From: a virus | DNA length: 64,000 nt | IMG/VR virus record: IMGVR_UViG_3300045988_023748 | Strand: one strand, 5' to 3' | Shown: positions 36,307 through 47,123 of the stretch, piece after piece | Numbering within the stretch: position 1 is the first letter of the stretch | Layout: each line of letters opens with the position of its first letter | The notes under the pieces: generated by a model | Told to the model about the DNA's origin: nothing | Database searches by the model: none | Seen by the model: the letters and a program-made list of their open reading frames with translations, nothing else | Translations under genes and position numbers: made by a program

Positions 36307-36674
36307 AACCAAAGAAGAAACGTAACGGTGCTTATGCTAAACGTAAGGGTAATAATTATGAACTTAAAATTATTAAGGAATTAATTGAACTCGGTTATAA
36401 AGGATTGAAATCGTCTCGTAGTGAATCTAAGAATTTGGATGATGCTAAGATTGATATTGCAGAAACCGAGGACAAATTACCTTGTTATGTTCAATGCAAA
36501 TGTACTAAGAATACTCCATCTATTGCTGAAATCATCAAAACTTGTGGACGTAAAGACAGACCATTAGTAATAGTCTGGAATAAACAAGTTGATAAAGGTG
36601 TGAATATGGGCTCTGATGGAGAATACGTTATGATGAGTAAAGATTTCTTTTACGAACTTATTAAGAAGTCTTAG
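36285..36674 (+). CDS. basic hypothetical protein
   Basis: ORF track. Confidence 0.4.
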   Translation: MEGTEEVKPKKKRNGAYAKRKGNNYELKIIKELIELGYKGLKSSRSESKNLDDAKIDIAETEDKLPCYVQCKCTKNTPSIAEIIKTCGRKDRPLVIVWNKQVDKGVNMGSDGEYVMMSKDFFYELIKKS

Positions 36675-37027
36675 TAAGAGATGGTTGAAATTTATGAAGA
36701 CACTTTAACTGAAGTAAGACTTACCTACGGCTTTGATTTGTCTTATGAAGTTCTATATTGCCTTAAAATTTTAAACTAAATAAATGAGTACTTACATTCT
36801 ACCATGTTATGGTCTTAATAATGGAGACTTGTGGTTAGAGAAAGTGAGAGCTAGAAGCTTCACAGAAGCTGAAGACAAGTTCATAAACTTGTTCGTTGAA
36901 GATTATGATATTGATCTACCTGGAGATTATGAAGAACTAGGGGTAATCATGTCAAGAGACAGAGAGATAATTATTGGTGACATCTATGATATAGAAGAAT
37001 TCTAGAATCATAACAAGATGCTATTGA

Positions 37028-37531
37028 ATGTTCAGAATAGGATTAGATATAGATGATTGTTTGGCTGGGTTTTGGGATGCTTATTGTGAGCGTTTTGATA
37101 CAGCTAATAATCCTCACATGCTTAAAGACCATATAATTACTAGGAATGTACAACAGATCCTTAGTAAGGAGAGAGATTTCTGGTTAAATCTCCCAGTTAT
37201 TAATAGACCTGACTTTATTCCAGAGCTGTATTGTACTAAGAGAGTCAATAATAAGGCATGGACTAGAGAATGGCTCAGGAGGAATGGATTTCCTGACAGA
37301 CCAATTTATCAAATGGTATACCAGCATGGTAACAAAGCTGATATGATTAAAGGTAAAGTGGATGTCTTTATTGATGATTCTTTAAGTAATGTAATCAAAT
37401 GTCAACGTTCTGGGGTGCCAGCACTACTGTATCATACAGACAGAACTGTTGACTTCCCTATGTTCAAGGTATTCTCACTAAATAGAACTGAGATAATCGA
37501 TGCTTATCTATTTATGAAGCAATATGCTTGA
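37028..37531 (+). CDS. HAD-family 5'(3')-deoxyribonucleotidase-like protein
   Basis: N-terminal GLDIDDCLAGF (DxDx[TV]-type motif I) and later VFIDDS. Confidence 0.5.
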   Translation: MFRIGLDIDDCLAGFWDAYCERFDTANNPHMLKDHIITRNVQQILSKERDFWLNLPVINRPDFIPELYCTKRVNNKAWTREWLRRNGFPDRPIYQMVYQHGNKADMIKGKVDVFIDDSLSNVIKCQRSGVPALLYHTDRTVDFPMFKVFSLNRTEIIDAYLFMKQYA

Positions 37532-38561
37532 GGAAATTAAAATAACACCACTAATTGAAACCATAGAATATTTAGACATAAGTGATGAAGAATACTTCGG
37601 GGATGCTTATTCTGATTACATCAGTAACTCTAGATTGAAGCTAATAAATCCAGAGCAGGGTGGAAGTCCTGCTTTGTATAAAGCTGGTTTAGAAACGGAC
37701 TCTAGGTATTCTGACTCACTGTATTTTGGTTCAGCAGTGCATGAATTAATACTGCAACCAGAATCATTTATTCTTGTAGAAACAGTTAATAGACCTACAG
37801 CTAAAGCTGGATTCATGGCGGATGAATTATATCCTACATTTGTAGCTAATCATGTTGTTACTGCTGACGAAATTATAGCAGCATCAAATAAAATTAGCTA
37901 TTATAAGGGTAAAATGGATGCTGATAAGATGGAAGCTCTACGTATTAAATGCGAAGACTACTATGCTCAGCGTACAGCCTATGAATGGGGAAGTAAATAT
38001 GTTGCCGATAAGGTTCCTATTTATTTAGATCCTAAGTCTAGAGACAAGCTACGAGAATGTCTCACATCAGTTGAATGCAATAAGCAAATACAGTCATTAC
38101 TAAAACCAGAAGGTTTATTTGCAGAACCTGTTATAGCTAATGAAGCAGCCTTATTAATGTCTGTGTTAGTAGAACATGGTGGCAAGAATAAAGTATTAAA
38201 ACTTAAAGCTAAACTTGATAATTTCACATACTGTCCTGATAGCGATGAGTTAACACTCAATGACTTAAAGACAAGTGGGCATTATCTTACCAAGTTTGGC
38301 GAGAGTTTTGATAAGTATCATTATGCTAGACAAATGGCTATGTATATGTGGATGCTTAAACTGTATATTGAGAACACATATAAGGTCAAACCTTCTTTAA
38401 AGGCTAATATGCTGGTAGTATCTACAGTTCCTGATTTCAGGTCTGGAGTATACCCAGTTACTAATGGCCATATGAAAGAAGGATTCTTAGAGTTTACTAA
38501 GTTGTTACGTATGGTAGCATACTACGAATTGTATGGATACGATGCTGATGGAATACTATGA
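37524..38561 (+). CDS. PD-(D/E)XK recombination exonuclease (YqaJ/lambda-Exo-like)
   Basis: LTLNDLKTSGHY ... YHYARQMAMYMW (D..E.K then Q...Y). Confidence 0.5.
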   Translation: MLEEIKITPLIETIEYLDISDEEYFGDAYSDYISNSRLKLINPEQGGSPALYKAGLETDSRYSDSLYFGSAVHELILQPESFILVETVNRPTAKAGFMADELYPTFVANHVVTADEIIAASNKISYYKGKMDADKMEALRIKCEDYYAQRTAYEWGSKYVADKVPIYLDPKSRDKLRECLTSVECNKQIQSLLKPEGLFAEPVIANEAALLMSVLVEHGGKNKVLKLKAKLDNFTYCPDSDELTLNDLKTSGHYLTKFGESFDKYHYARQMAMYMWMLKLYIENTYKVKPSLKANMLVVSTVPDFRSGVYPVTNGHMKEGFLEFTKLLRMVAYYELYGYDADGIL

Positions 38562-38925
38562 ACCAACTCTGAATGACTTAAGGGAGTATTATAAGGATTA
38601 CTTCAGTTTGGGGTGTTTAGCTTGTGATATAGGAACTAAGTTTGCCTTAATCTCACTAATATGCTTCCTTACTAAGCAAGCCAGAAATAAGACTCCTAAT
38701 GCTACTACTTGGCAAGTAATTCAGAAAGTTCGTAAGGGTAAAGAGTCTCATAACTCTGAAAGGATTCTTAAAGGTCTTGCAGTTATTTGTGACGATTTTA
38801 TGAGAAATACTACAGAGTTCCTTACATTCGATATGAAGTCTTCTAAGGAAATGGTTGATAAAATCAATGAGATTCTCGATAAAGAATTACCCTGGGAAGA
38901 TTCAACTCCAGATTTACCATTTTAA
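38533..38925 (+). CDS. hypothetical protein
   Basis: ORF track. Confidence 0.4.
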   Translation: MDTMLMEYYEPTLNDLREYYKDYFSLGCLACDIGTKFALISLICFLTKQARNKTPNATTWQVIQKVRKGKESHNSERILKGLAVICDDFMRNTTEFLTFDMKSSKEMVDKINEILDKELPWEDSTPDLPF

Positions 38926-39182
38926 AGTGTATGAATAACACTAGATATGTAAACAACAAAGCTATTCTTAGTAAGCTATCCGATTTAATAGACAAGTATC
39001 CAGACATGAGATTTAATCAACTGTTATGGGCTACTGGGATAATCGCTAATGATGAGAATGGCATAATAGATAAATTCTATGAAGAGAGTGAAGCTACATG
39101 GCGTGGAATGTGCAATAATACATTTTGCTTTCCACCTAATGATAATAGTTAAAATAATTTATCGTATTATTTATTAGTCATT

Positions 39183-39215
39183 ACTTGTCCAATTGGAGAT
39201 AAAGTAGTACCTTTG
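39183..39215 (+). promoter_or_regulatory. Bacteroidetes-type promoter 1 (TTG ... 20 nt ... TACCTTTG)
   Basis: -33 TTG at 39185-87 and -7 TAccTTTG at 39208-15. Confidence 0.45.
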
Positions 39216-39280
39216 CAGCATCCTCCCTGAAAGAAGAGGTCAGATTGAGAATACAACATTAAGATTATTTTACATCAGTA

Positions 39281-39315
39281 TTGCTTGGTAATCCAATATT
39301 AAAGCAGTACCTTTG
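39281..39315 (+). promoter_or_regulatory. Bacteroidetes-type promoter 2 (TTG ... 21 nt ... TACCTTTG)
   Basis: Second copy of agTAccTTTG 100 nt downstream of the first, 37 nt before ATG 39352. Confidence 0.45.
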
Positions 39316-39351
39316 TAATACAATAACAAAGAGATTACACTCAATGGAATA

Positions 39352-39909
39352 ATGTTTAAAACTCAATTAATTATGACTAATCAAGTAAATTTTAAGAAAG
39401 TAGAAGTTAAAGGTTACACTAAACAAGAAGCAGTTGCACAAGCCCCATTCCAAGTAATTCGTGATGCTACTCAGGCATGGAAAGCTGCTGGTAAGCCCAT
39501 CACTGACAAAGCATTGAAGGAATTCTGCGCTGAATATCTTACTAAACATACTAAGATGGCTGCTGGTGTTGGATGTTCCATTACGTTTGAGGCAGGTTCT
39601 GCTGACACTCGCGAGCGTCCGTACACTATGATTGACATTAAGAATGAGAAGGGTAAGAGAAAGTATAAGACTGGTTATCAAGGTATTAATCCTGCAACTG
39701 GTGAAGTACTGTTTATCAATTTCGAGACTAAGACTAAGGCTAAAGAAGTAGCTAAGGAGCTGTACACTAAGAAAGACTACACTGGTGACGTATATTGCAA
39801 GTATATTAAGGCAGTAGTTGAAGGTGAGGATGGCGCTTTTGAAGTTAAGTACACTCCGTCTAAGTCAGCTAAGATGGGTACATATATCTGCTTTGGGGTT
39901 GAAGGATAA
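39352..39909 (+). CDS. lysine-rich protein of unknown function, probably highly expressed
   Basis: Preceded by tandem promoters and followed by a strong terminator hairpin. Confidence 0.5.
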   Translation: MFKTQLIMTNQVNFKKVEVKGYTKQEAVAQAPFQVIRDATQAWKAAGKPITDKALKEFCAEYLTKHTKMAAGVGCSITFEAGSADTRERPYTMIDIKNEKGKRKYKTGYQGINPATGEVLFINFETKTKAKEVAKELYTKKDYTGDVYCKYIKAVVEGEDGAFEVKYTPSKSAKMGTYICFGVEG

Positions 39910-39930
39910 GTTATAACTTCTATTGACCTT

Positions 39931-39985
39931 AAATATCAAGGGGATTATCTTATGTTTAATAAGGTAGTCCCCTTATTCTTTATAG
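39931..39985 (+). terminator. rho-independent terminator-like hairpin
   Basis: aaggggatta...tagtcccctt stem followed by attctttat. Confidence 0.5.
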
Positions 39986-40054
39986 ATACTTAGTAGCAAA
40001 GAGATTAGAAATTTTATATTAAGGCCGAAAGGCTATCTAATTTACATCAGTAAT

Positions 40055-41623
40055 ATGAGAAACGAAACTCTAGTCAAATTGATCAGTCACTTACATAACG
40101 TAATTAAAGATAATGTTAGTATGAATGCTTATGCTGAGAAGACAGGTCTTCCTCAGAATTATTTCTGCAATAAGCGTAAGCAACTGGAGTTTGACTATGA
40201 GGCTAACAAGGTATCTAATGAACAGTATTCTACTGTCATGGATTTGTTTAAACAGATTAAAGAACGAGGTTATGTTGGAACTACTAAATCCAAGGCTAAG
40301 AAGACCTCTGAAAAGACTAGTACTGGAACCATTCAGTATATAAGAGACACAGAAGGTAGGATTATTGCCTATGAATTTACTGTGCCTTTGCGTGATAAAG
40401 CTCCTTTAGCCGGAAGACTTACACGTGATGAAATGAATATGATTTATAGATTGTATTCATATTATGGCTCTTCTATCACGCAAAGAGAAGTTAGCCGTAG
40501 CTTCCCAGAATATTCATTGGAAGATTTCAAGAAGATTCTGAGAGTATTTAATATTACTAAGGCTTCAGCTCCGTTTGCTCCTCATATCATAGAGGAGAAT
40601 ACTCCTGAACAGCTTCAGGTTATGCAACTAAGAGAGAAGGAGAATGACTTTCTTAGAGGCATAGAAACTCAAAGGATAAAACAGAATGAATCCTTATTAA
40701 AGAAATATGCATTAGAGAATGCAGAATTAAAGTCTAAGATTGAAGATGGTAAACATATTCTAGAAGGTTTAGACATTAATAATTTGTATGATTGGGGCAA
40801 AGCACCTATGATAACCAATGGTAAAGACTTAATCATTTGGCTATCTGATATTCATACTGGAGCAGCTGTATCTCCACAATCTATTTATCAAAATCCTTAT
40901 AATGAGGAAGAGATGAAGAGAAGATTTGATATGATTCTTAAAAGAGTATATACAGAAGCCTATCATATAGGTGGAGGATTTGAGAATATTGTTATCTGTA
41001 ATCTTGGAGACTCTCTAGATGGATATAATGGTCAGACTACTAGAGGTGGACATGACCTAGCTCAAAATATGAGCAATAAGGAACAACTGCATACTTATAT
41101 AAAACTAATGACTAGTTTTATTAAGTCTATACAGGAAGAGATTAAGCATTCCAATTTATATTATTACTGCGTTGGGGAATCCAACCATGACGGTGATTTT
41201 GGATATGCTGCTAATATAGCATTGGCTGCTATACTTGAACAGTTCGATATTAAGTGTCAAGTATTTGATAAATTTATCGGAGAGTTCAAACTTGGTGACG
41301 TTACTTATGTAATGTGTCATGGTAAAGATAACAAGGATATGTTCAAGAATTTACCGCTAACCTTAGATGTAAAGACTGAGAATTTTATTAATGAGTATCT
41401 AGATAATAGGGGAATCTCCGGTAATGTAGTCTTTGTAAAAGGAGACTTGCATCAGTCCGCTACTACCTATGGTAGAAGATTTACTTATAAGTCTGTAGGC
41501 TCATTATTTGGAAGTTCTGAGTGGATACACAAGAACTTCGGTAATACATGTTGGAGCTGTGACTATTCTATTGTCGACGAAGCTGGTAATAGATTAGATG
41601 GATTAATCACAGCTAAGTCCTAA
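40055..41623 (+). CDS. calcineurin-like metallophosphoesterase (Mre11/SbcD-like) with N-terminal DNA-binding region
   Basis: Motifs LSDIHTG, CNLGDSLDG, VGESNHDGD (DxH, GDxxD, GNHD). Confidence 0.5.
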   Translation: MRNETLVKLISHLHNVIKDNVSMNAYAEKTGLPQNYFCNKRKQLEFDYEANKVSNEQYSTVMDLFKQIKERGYVGTTKSKAKKTSEKTSTGTIQYIRDTEGRIIAYEFTVPLRDKAPLAGRLTRDEMNMIYRLYSYYGSSITQREVSRSFPEYSLEDFKKILRVFNITKASAPFAPHIIEENTPEQLQVMQLREKENDFLRGIETQRIKQNESLLKKYALENAELKSKIEDGKHILEGLDINNLYDWGKAPMITNGKDLIIWLSDIHTGAAVSPQSIYQNPYNEEEMKRRFDMILKRVYTEAYHIGGGFENIVICNLGDSLDGYNGQTTRGGHDLAQNMSNKEQLHTYIKLMTSFIKSIQEEIKHSNLYYYCVGESNHDGDFGYAANIALAAILEQFDIKCQVFDKFIGEFKLGDVTYVMCHGKDNKDMFKNLPLTLDVKTENFINEYLDNRGISGNVVFVKGDLHQSATTYGRRFTYKSVGSLFGSSEWIHKNFGNTCWSCDYSIVDEAGNRLDGLITAKS

Positions 41624-41703
41624 GTTAGAAATTCTATAATTCCATACAAATAGTTTTGATTCGTCCATATTGTTTAGTAACTTTGTCAAAAAGTTATTAA
41701 TAT

Positions 41704-42483
41704 ATGGACGAACAAAATTTTAAATTTAATTATGTATTCCAGGGACAAGATTGTACCCTATCAACTGGAGTCTATAAGATTACTATCCAGAATCATGTTT
41801 ACATCGGTAGTGCAGCAATCTCTTTTAGAAAACGGTGGAGACAACACCAGTTAGACTTTATTAGAGATATACACCACTCTAGGTTCGCGCAGAACGCATT
41901 TAATAAATATGGCATTGCCACATTTGAGATAATGGAATTATGTCCTAGGGAACTATGCATAGAGAGGGAGCAATGGTGGATAGACACTTTGAAACCAGAC
42001 CTGAATATTCAAAAGATTGCTGATAGTGCTTTAGGAGTCAAGAGGACTGAGGAAACTAAGCGGAAATGTAGAGAGGCTCACTTGGGAAAGAGGTTGTCTG
42101 AGGAAGCTATAGCTAAGAGAACAGCAAAGCAAGTTAAGACAATCTATCAATATGATTTAGATGGAAATCTAATCAAGGAATGGGATAGTGTTAAACAAGC
42201 TGGAGAAGCTCTTGGAATTAATAGACCTTCTATTAGTAACTGTTTAAAAGGTAGATACAAGTCTGCTGGGGGATTCATTTGGAGGTATTCTGTGGAAGAG
42301 GTTTCTCCTGTGAAGAAAACCAAGTCTATAGAACAATATGATTTGGATGGAAATTTAATTAAAGTATGGGACAGTATAAATTCTATTGAAAATGGGACTG
42401 ATTACAAAAGGAAGACAATTTATGCTTGTGCAAATGGTCAAAATAGTACAGCGTATGGATATGTATGGAAGTATTGTAGATAA
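41704..42483 (+). CDS. GIY-YIG endonuclease with NUMOD-like repeats
   Basis: VYKITIQNHVYIGSAAISFRKRWRQH, and a C-terminal IEQYDLDGNLIK repeat. Confidence 0.7.
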   Translation: MDEQNFKFNYVFQGQDCTLSTGVYKITIQNHVYIGSAAISFRKRWRQHQLDFIRDIHHSRFAQNAFNKYGIATFEIMELCPRELCIEREQWWIDTLKPDLNIQKIADSALGVKRTEETKRKCREAHLGKRLSEEAIAKRTAKQVKTIYQYDLDGNLIKEWDSVKQAGEALGINRPSISNCLKGRYKSAGGFIWRYSVEEVSPVKKTKSIEQYDLDGNLIKVWDSINSIENGTDYKRKTIYACANGQNSTAYGYVWKYCR

Positions 42484-42489
42484 TAAACT

Positions 42490-43668
42490 ATGCTTAATGT
42501 CAGAATTATTACTATAATGCCTAAGAAACTTACTACTGAAGAATGGATTAATAAAGCTAGAATTAAACATGGAGATAAATATGATTATTCTAAATCTGTG
42601 TACACTGGAAGTAGAGATAGAATAATCATCACTTGTCCGAAACATGGCGACTTTACAGCTATATCCGGATTGCATATTTCTAGAGGGGATGGTTGTCCTG
42701 AGTGTGCTTCATTAGCTAAAAGTAGCAAGCTTTCATTATCTAATGAAGAATTTATTAACCGTTTACGTGACATGTTTGGGGATAATTATGATTACTCTAA
42801 AGTCAAATATAATGGCACTAGAGGGTATGTTACCATAGTATGTCCTAAACATGGTGAATTTAAGGCCCGTGTTGGCACTCTATCGAGAGGTGTAGGATGT
42901 CTGAAATGTAAAGAGGAAGAAAGACTTAAAAAGTTTAATGACCTTTACATAAAGAAATTTAAGGAGTACTACCCAGATTTAGATTATAGTAAAACTGTAT
43001 ATACTGGGTGGGATACTAGAATAGTTATAACATGCCCCAAACACGGTGACTTTGAAGTCCTTCCTAACCACTTTCTTAGGTATAAAGGGTGTCCAAAATG
43101 CTCTGCTGAAAGTCATGCAAAGTATATGCAGAAGTCCTTAGATGACTTTCTAAAGGATGCCAGACGCATTCATGGCACACGTTATGATTATTCTAGAGTA
43201 GAGTACAACGATAGTCGTACAAAGGTCTGTATTGTATGCCCTGAACATGGTGAATTTTGGCAGACTCCAAATAGCCATATACAAGGTAGTGGCTGCCCTA
43301 GCTGCTCAAGTTCAAAGGGCGAAGAAGAGGTATGTAACATTTTGTTAAGTAATGGAATTAAATTTATAAGGGAATACACTATCCAAGTGCCTAATGAGAT
43401 TAACACCTCTGGACACGCTTATATTGATTTTTACTTACCAGAATATAATACCTTTGTGGAATATAATGGCATTCAACATTATAATCCTAAAATGGCATTT
43501 GGCGGGTCTTTCAAATTTGAGCGACAACAAGCTCGTGACGAGTATGTTAGGCAATATTGTAAAGACAATAATATCAAATTAATAGAGATTCGTTATGATG
43601 AAGATGTGTGGGAAGTTTTGACCAGAGAACTTCTTGATAATCAAACAACAAACGAAGAATGCAAATAA
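42490..43668 (+). CDS. multi-zinc-ribbon protein with C-terminal DUF559/Vsr-like endonuclease domain
   Basis: Four copies of the unit CP(K/E)HG(D/E)F...GCPxC. C-terminus HAYIDFYLPEYNTFVEYNGIQH (DF...E.NG.H). Confidence 0.45.
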   Translation: MLNVRIITIMPKKLTTEEWINKARIKHGDKYDYSKSVYTGSRDRIIITCPKHGDFTAISGLHISRGDGCPECASLAKSSKLSLSNEEFINRLRDMFGDNYDYSKVKYNGTRGYVTIVCPKHGEFKARVGTLSRGVGCLKCKEEERLKKFNDLYIKKFKEYYPDLDYSKTVYTGWDTRIVITCPKHGDFEVLPNHFLRYKGCPKCSAESHAKYMQKSLDDFLKDARRIHGTRYDYSRVEYNDSRTKVCIVCPEHGEFWQTPNSHIQGSGCPSCSSSKGEEEVCNILLSNGIKFIREYTIQVPNEINTSGHAYIDFYLPEYNTFVEYNGIQHYNPKMAFGGSFKFERQQARDEYVRQYCKDNNIKLIEIRYDEDVWEVLTRELLDNQTTNEECK

Positions 43669-44438
43669 GTATTGACCAACTCATGAATGGTAAGGCTACT
43701 AGAATAGGTAAGAGAGCATATTTACCAACTGCTGCCTATGTAGAGCCTTTTATTGAAAGAATGTCCAAGTTTACTAAAGACTTTATAGTTGAAGTAGAAT
43801 TGCCTAAACAGGTCACTAGGACAGTCGATGGAGATGTTAATGCAGATGATATCACTTATAATCGTGTACTTATTCAAGCTGTAATGCCAGAGAATTGCAG
43901 AATAGATAATCACGATGAAGTTATTGGTATGGTATATGGATTAGACGTCCGTAAACCAGTAGCTAAGATTTATAGAGGTGCTCTTAATAGAGCATGTACA
44001 AACTTATGTGTCTTTGACCCAGAGTTCTTACAAGTTCAGAACTTAGAGTCTGAGAAGCCTATTAATTATAAAGCTGTTGAACACCTTTTATCACAAACCA
44101 GTGATATTAAATTGATGTTGGACACCTTACATAATACTACATGGGAAGGAACTCCAAGTAATATAGACTCTAATCTAGGTAGATGGGTTAGAAACGCTAT
44201 ATCTATGACCTATAATGGCGGGTATGGAGACGTAAAGATAGGAACAGACCTTGTTGTTAAGGCTTATGGTTCTATGTTTGAAGACCCTGATTCTAGCTAT
44301 TATATAGGAGAGGGTAATGAGGTGGATATGTTTACTGTGTATAATGCATTTACTCAGTTAATTAGTAATGACAAGGGCAAAGATTTGATGAATAGAGCAG
44401 AGAAGACTCTATTACTAAGAAACATATTAAACTTCTAA
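43659..44438 (+). CDS. hypothetical protein
   Basis: ORF track. Confidence 0.45.
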   Translation: MQISIDQLMNGKATRIGKRAYLPTAAYVEPFIERMSKFTKDFIVEVELPKQVTRTVDGDVNADDITYNRVLIQAVMPENCRIDNHDEVIGMVYGLDVRKPVAKIYRGALNRACTNLCVFDPEFLQVQNLESEKPINYKAVEHLLSQTSDIKLMLDTLHNTTWEGTPSNIDSNLGRWVRNAISMTYNGGYGDVKIGTDLVVKAYGSMFEDPDSSYYIGEGNEVDMFTVYNAFTQLISNDKGKDLMNRAEKTLLLRNILNF

Positions 44439-44443
44439 ATTGA

Positions 44444-45490
44444 ATGTTAGTAATTAAAAGAAATAAGAGAGTAGAACCTTTCGATATTAATAAGATTGAC
44501 GCGGCTATTACTAAGGCGTTCAATGCTGTTAACGAACCAATTGATTCCGATATTTTGGATGATATTAAAGATGAATTGTATATTAACAACATAGTATCAG
44601 TAGAAGAGCTTCAAGATCAAATTGAAAAGGCTTTGATGGCTTGTGATTACTATGATGTCGCTAAAGCATTCATTTTGTATCGACATAAACAAGCTGAACT
44701 TAGAGCATTAGCTGGGAAGAAGCAGTTTATTAAGGATTATGCCAAAGCATCTAATGCTGCTACAGGTAGTAAATATGATGCTAATGCCAATGTTACTGAG
44801 AAGAATATAGTAACTTTAAATGGAGAGTTGTTTAAGGGTGATGTAATTAAAGTTAATAGAGCAATCCTTACAGATAAAATTAGGCAGTTATATGGTGAAG
44901 ATTTAGCTAAGGAGTATATTAGACAACTGGAATCTCATGAACTTTACAAGCATGATGAAACATCAATTATGCCCTACTGCGTGGCTATCACTATGTATCC
45001 GTTCCTACTTGAAGGGCTACAGCCAATTGGAGGTTTGTCTGCCAAGCCTAAGAATCTGGACTCCTTCTGCGGTATGTTTGTTAATCTGGTATTTGCTATC
45101 AGCTCGCAATTCGCTGGAGCAGTAGCTACTGGTGAGTTCCTAATGTATTTCGATTATTTCGCTCGTAAAGAATGGGGTGATGATTATTGGAAACGTCCAG
45201 AAGAGATGGTTGATAAACATAGAAATATTGATAAGACTATTGAACAGAAGTTCCAACAGATTGTATATTCAATCAATCAACCAGCAGCTGCTCGTAACTT
45301 CCAATCAGTATTCTGGAATATCAGTTATTTTGATAAGAATTACTTTGAAGGTTTATTTGGTGAGTTTGTATTCCCCGATGGAACTAAGCCCATATGGGAT
45401 TCTTTGAACTGGTTACAGAAGAAGTTTATGACTTGGTTTAACGAGGAGAGGACTAAGTGCATATTAACGTTCCCTGTGAATTTCGCAGCT
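44444..45490 (+). CDS. nrdD: anaerobic ribonucleotide reductase NrdD, exon 1 (ATP-cone plus N-terminal catalytic region)
   Basis: ATP-cone VIKRNKRVEPFDINKIDAAITKA. Terminates at a TGA that is followed by intron core blocks. Confidence 0.65.
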
Positions 45491-46295
45491 TGATAGAGTA
45501 ATCTATCTCGAACAACTCCTCTAATTGCTGGGACATCTTAACATTAATTAATGGTAGAAAGTTAGGAAATGTAAGTAAATTACATTATCTTTGCACTAGA
45601 TAATTAGTATTAAGACAATCAGCAGCTAAGCATTATGGAAGAAATTTGGAAAGAAATCCCTAACTATGAAGGGTACTTTGAAGTAAGTACTTTAGGTAAC
45701 TTTAGAAGTAAAGATAGAATTATCAAGTATAAGCAATCTGGAACTCGTAATTATCCTGGCAAATCACTTAAAGTAGAGGTTATGCAAGATGGTTACAGTA
45801 GGATTGTGTTAATGAAAGAAGGTGTTAAGAAAAGATATATGTGTCATAGGCTTGTAGCTGAGACGTACATACCAAATCCTGACAACAAACCTTACGTTAA
45901 TCATATAGATGGCAATCGTTCTAATAACTGTGTAGAGAACCTAGAATGGTGCACACAGTCAGAGAATGAAAGACACTCTGTAGATGTACTTGGTAAGTCT
46001 ATGAAGGGGAAGACTGCTCCAAAGGCAGTCAGATGTATAGAGAATGATACTATATATAAATCTATGAGTGAAGCAGTACGCCTTATAGGTAAGCCATCTT
46101 GTGTGGAAGGGTTACATAAAGCTATCAATGCTAATAGGTTGTATCATGGATATACATTTGAGTTCTGTAATGAAAGTTCAACGACTATCTCGAAAGAGAG
46201 TACACTGTAAGCTATTGACAGTGGAAATGGGGAGAATCCTAATAGGATTGTGATATAGTCTGACCTGTATGGTGACATACAGCAGTTCATAAGAG
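45491..46295 (+). mobile_element. group I intron 1 in nrdD with HNH endonuclease (boundaries approximate)
   Basis: AACTCCTCTAATTGCTGGGA is shared with the helicase intron (29058), as are CGACTATCTCGAAAGAGAGTACA and CCTAATAGG. GATATAGTC motif plus a P9-like hairpin ctgtatggtgacatacag. Confidence 0.55.
45635..46210 (+). CDS. HNH homing endonuclease (NUMOD4 plus HNH)
   Basis: EIWKEIPNYEGYFEVSTLGNFRS, then VNHIDGNRSNNCVENLEWCTQSENERH. Confidence 0.8.
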   Translation: MEEIWKEIPNYEGYFEVSTLGNFRSKDRIIKYKQSGTRNYPGKSLKVEVMQDGYSRIVLMKEGVKKRYMCHRLVAETYIPNPDNKPYVNHIDGNRSNNCVENLEWCTQSENERHSVDVLGKSMKGKTAPKAVRCIENDTIYKSMSEAVRLIGKPSCVEGLHKAINANRLYHGYTFEFCNESSTTISKESTL

Positions 46296-47123
46296 AACGC
46301 ATATAGTGTAGCGAACTATATGGAACATATGTGGGAAACTGTAGCACTTCTTACTGATGGAGAGGATGTAGTAGATAAAGAATGGGCAGACTTTACAGCA
46401 GAGATGTATAGTAAGGGACACTCATTCTTTACTTATATGTCTGATTCAGCAGATAGTCTGTCAAGTTGTTGTAGACTTCGCAATGAAGTAACTGATAATC
46501 AATTTAGTTATTCTCTTGGAGCTGGTGGTATTGCTACTGGTAGCAAATCTGTAATGACTTTAAATATTAATAGATTAGTTCAAGATGCAGTTAATAACGG
46601 ATACGATATGATTGAGTATTTACGTGAAAACGTTCAGAAAGTTCATAAATATCAAACTGCATATAATGAATTACTCAAAGACTATTTAAATGATGGTTTA
46701 CTAACTGTCTATTCTGCTGGATTCATTCATATGAAGAAACAGTATTTGACTGTAGGTGTTAATGGAGTTATCGAAGCTGCTGAGTTCTTAGGAATTCCAG
46801 TTAATGATAATCCTACTTACAGAGAATTTATGCAATCTATCCTTAAAACTATTAGCGATGAAAATCGTAAAGCTAGAACTAAGGAGTTGATGTTTAACTG
46901 TGAGTTTGTCCCAGCGGAGAACCTGGGAGTTAAACATGCTATGTGGGACAGGAAGGCAGGTTACTTTGTACCAAGAGATTGCTATAATAGTTACTTCTAT
47001 GCTGTAGAAGATACTTCCTTGACTATACTTGATAAATTTAAACTACATGGTAAAGATTATATCAAGTATCTTGATGGTGAACAATCGCCTGTTATATCTT
47101 TGCGTTTAACCAGACGGGTATAG
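46296..47123 (+). CDS. nrdD: NrdD exon 2 (middle region)
   Basis: The in-frame reading opens at 46296 after the last upstream stop. The track ORF starts at ATG 46320. Confidence 0.55.
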   Translation, partial: NAYSVANYMEHMWETVALLTDGEDVVDKEWADFTAEMYSKGHSFFTYMSDSADSLSSCCRLRNEVTDNQFSYSLGAGGIATGSKSVMTLNINRLVQDAVNNGYDMIEYLRENVQKVHKYQTAYNELLKDYLNDGLLTVYSAGFIHMKKQYLTVGVNGVIEAAEFLGIPVNDNPTYREFMQSILKTISDENRKARTKELMFNCEFVPAENLGVKHAMWDRKAGYFVPRDCYNSYFYAVEDTSLTILDKFKLHGKDYIKYLDGEQSPVISLRLTRRV

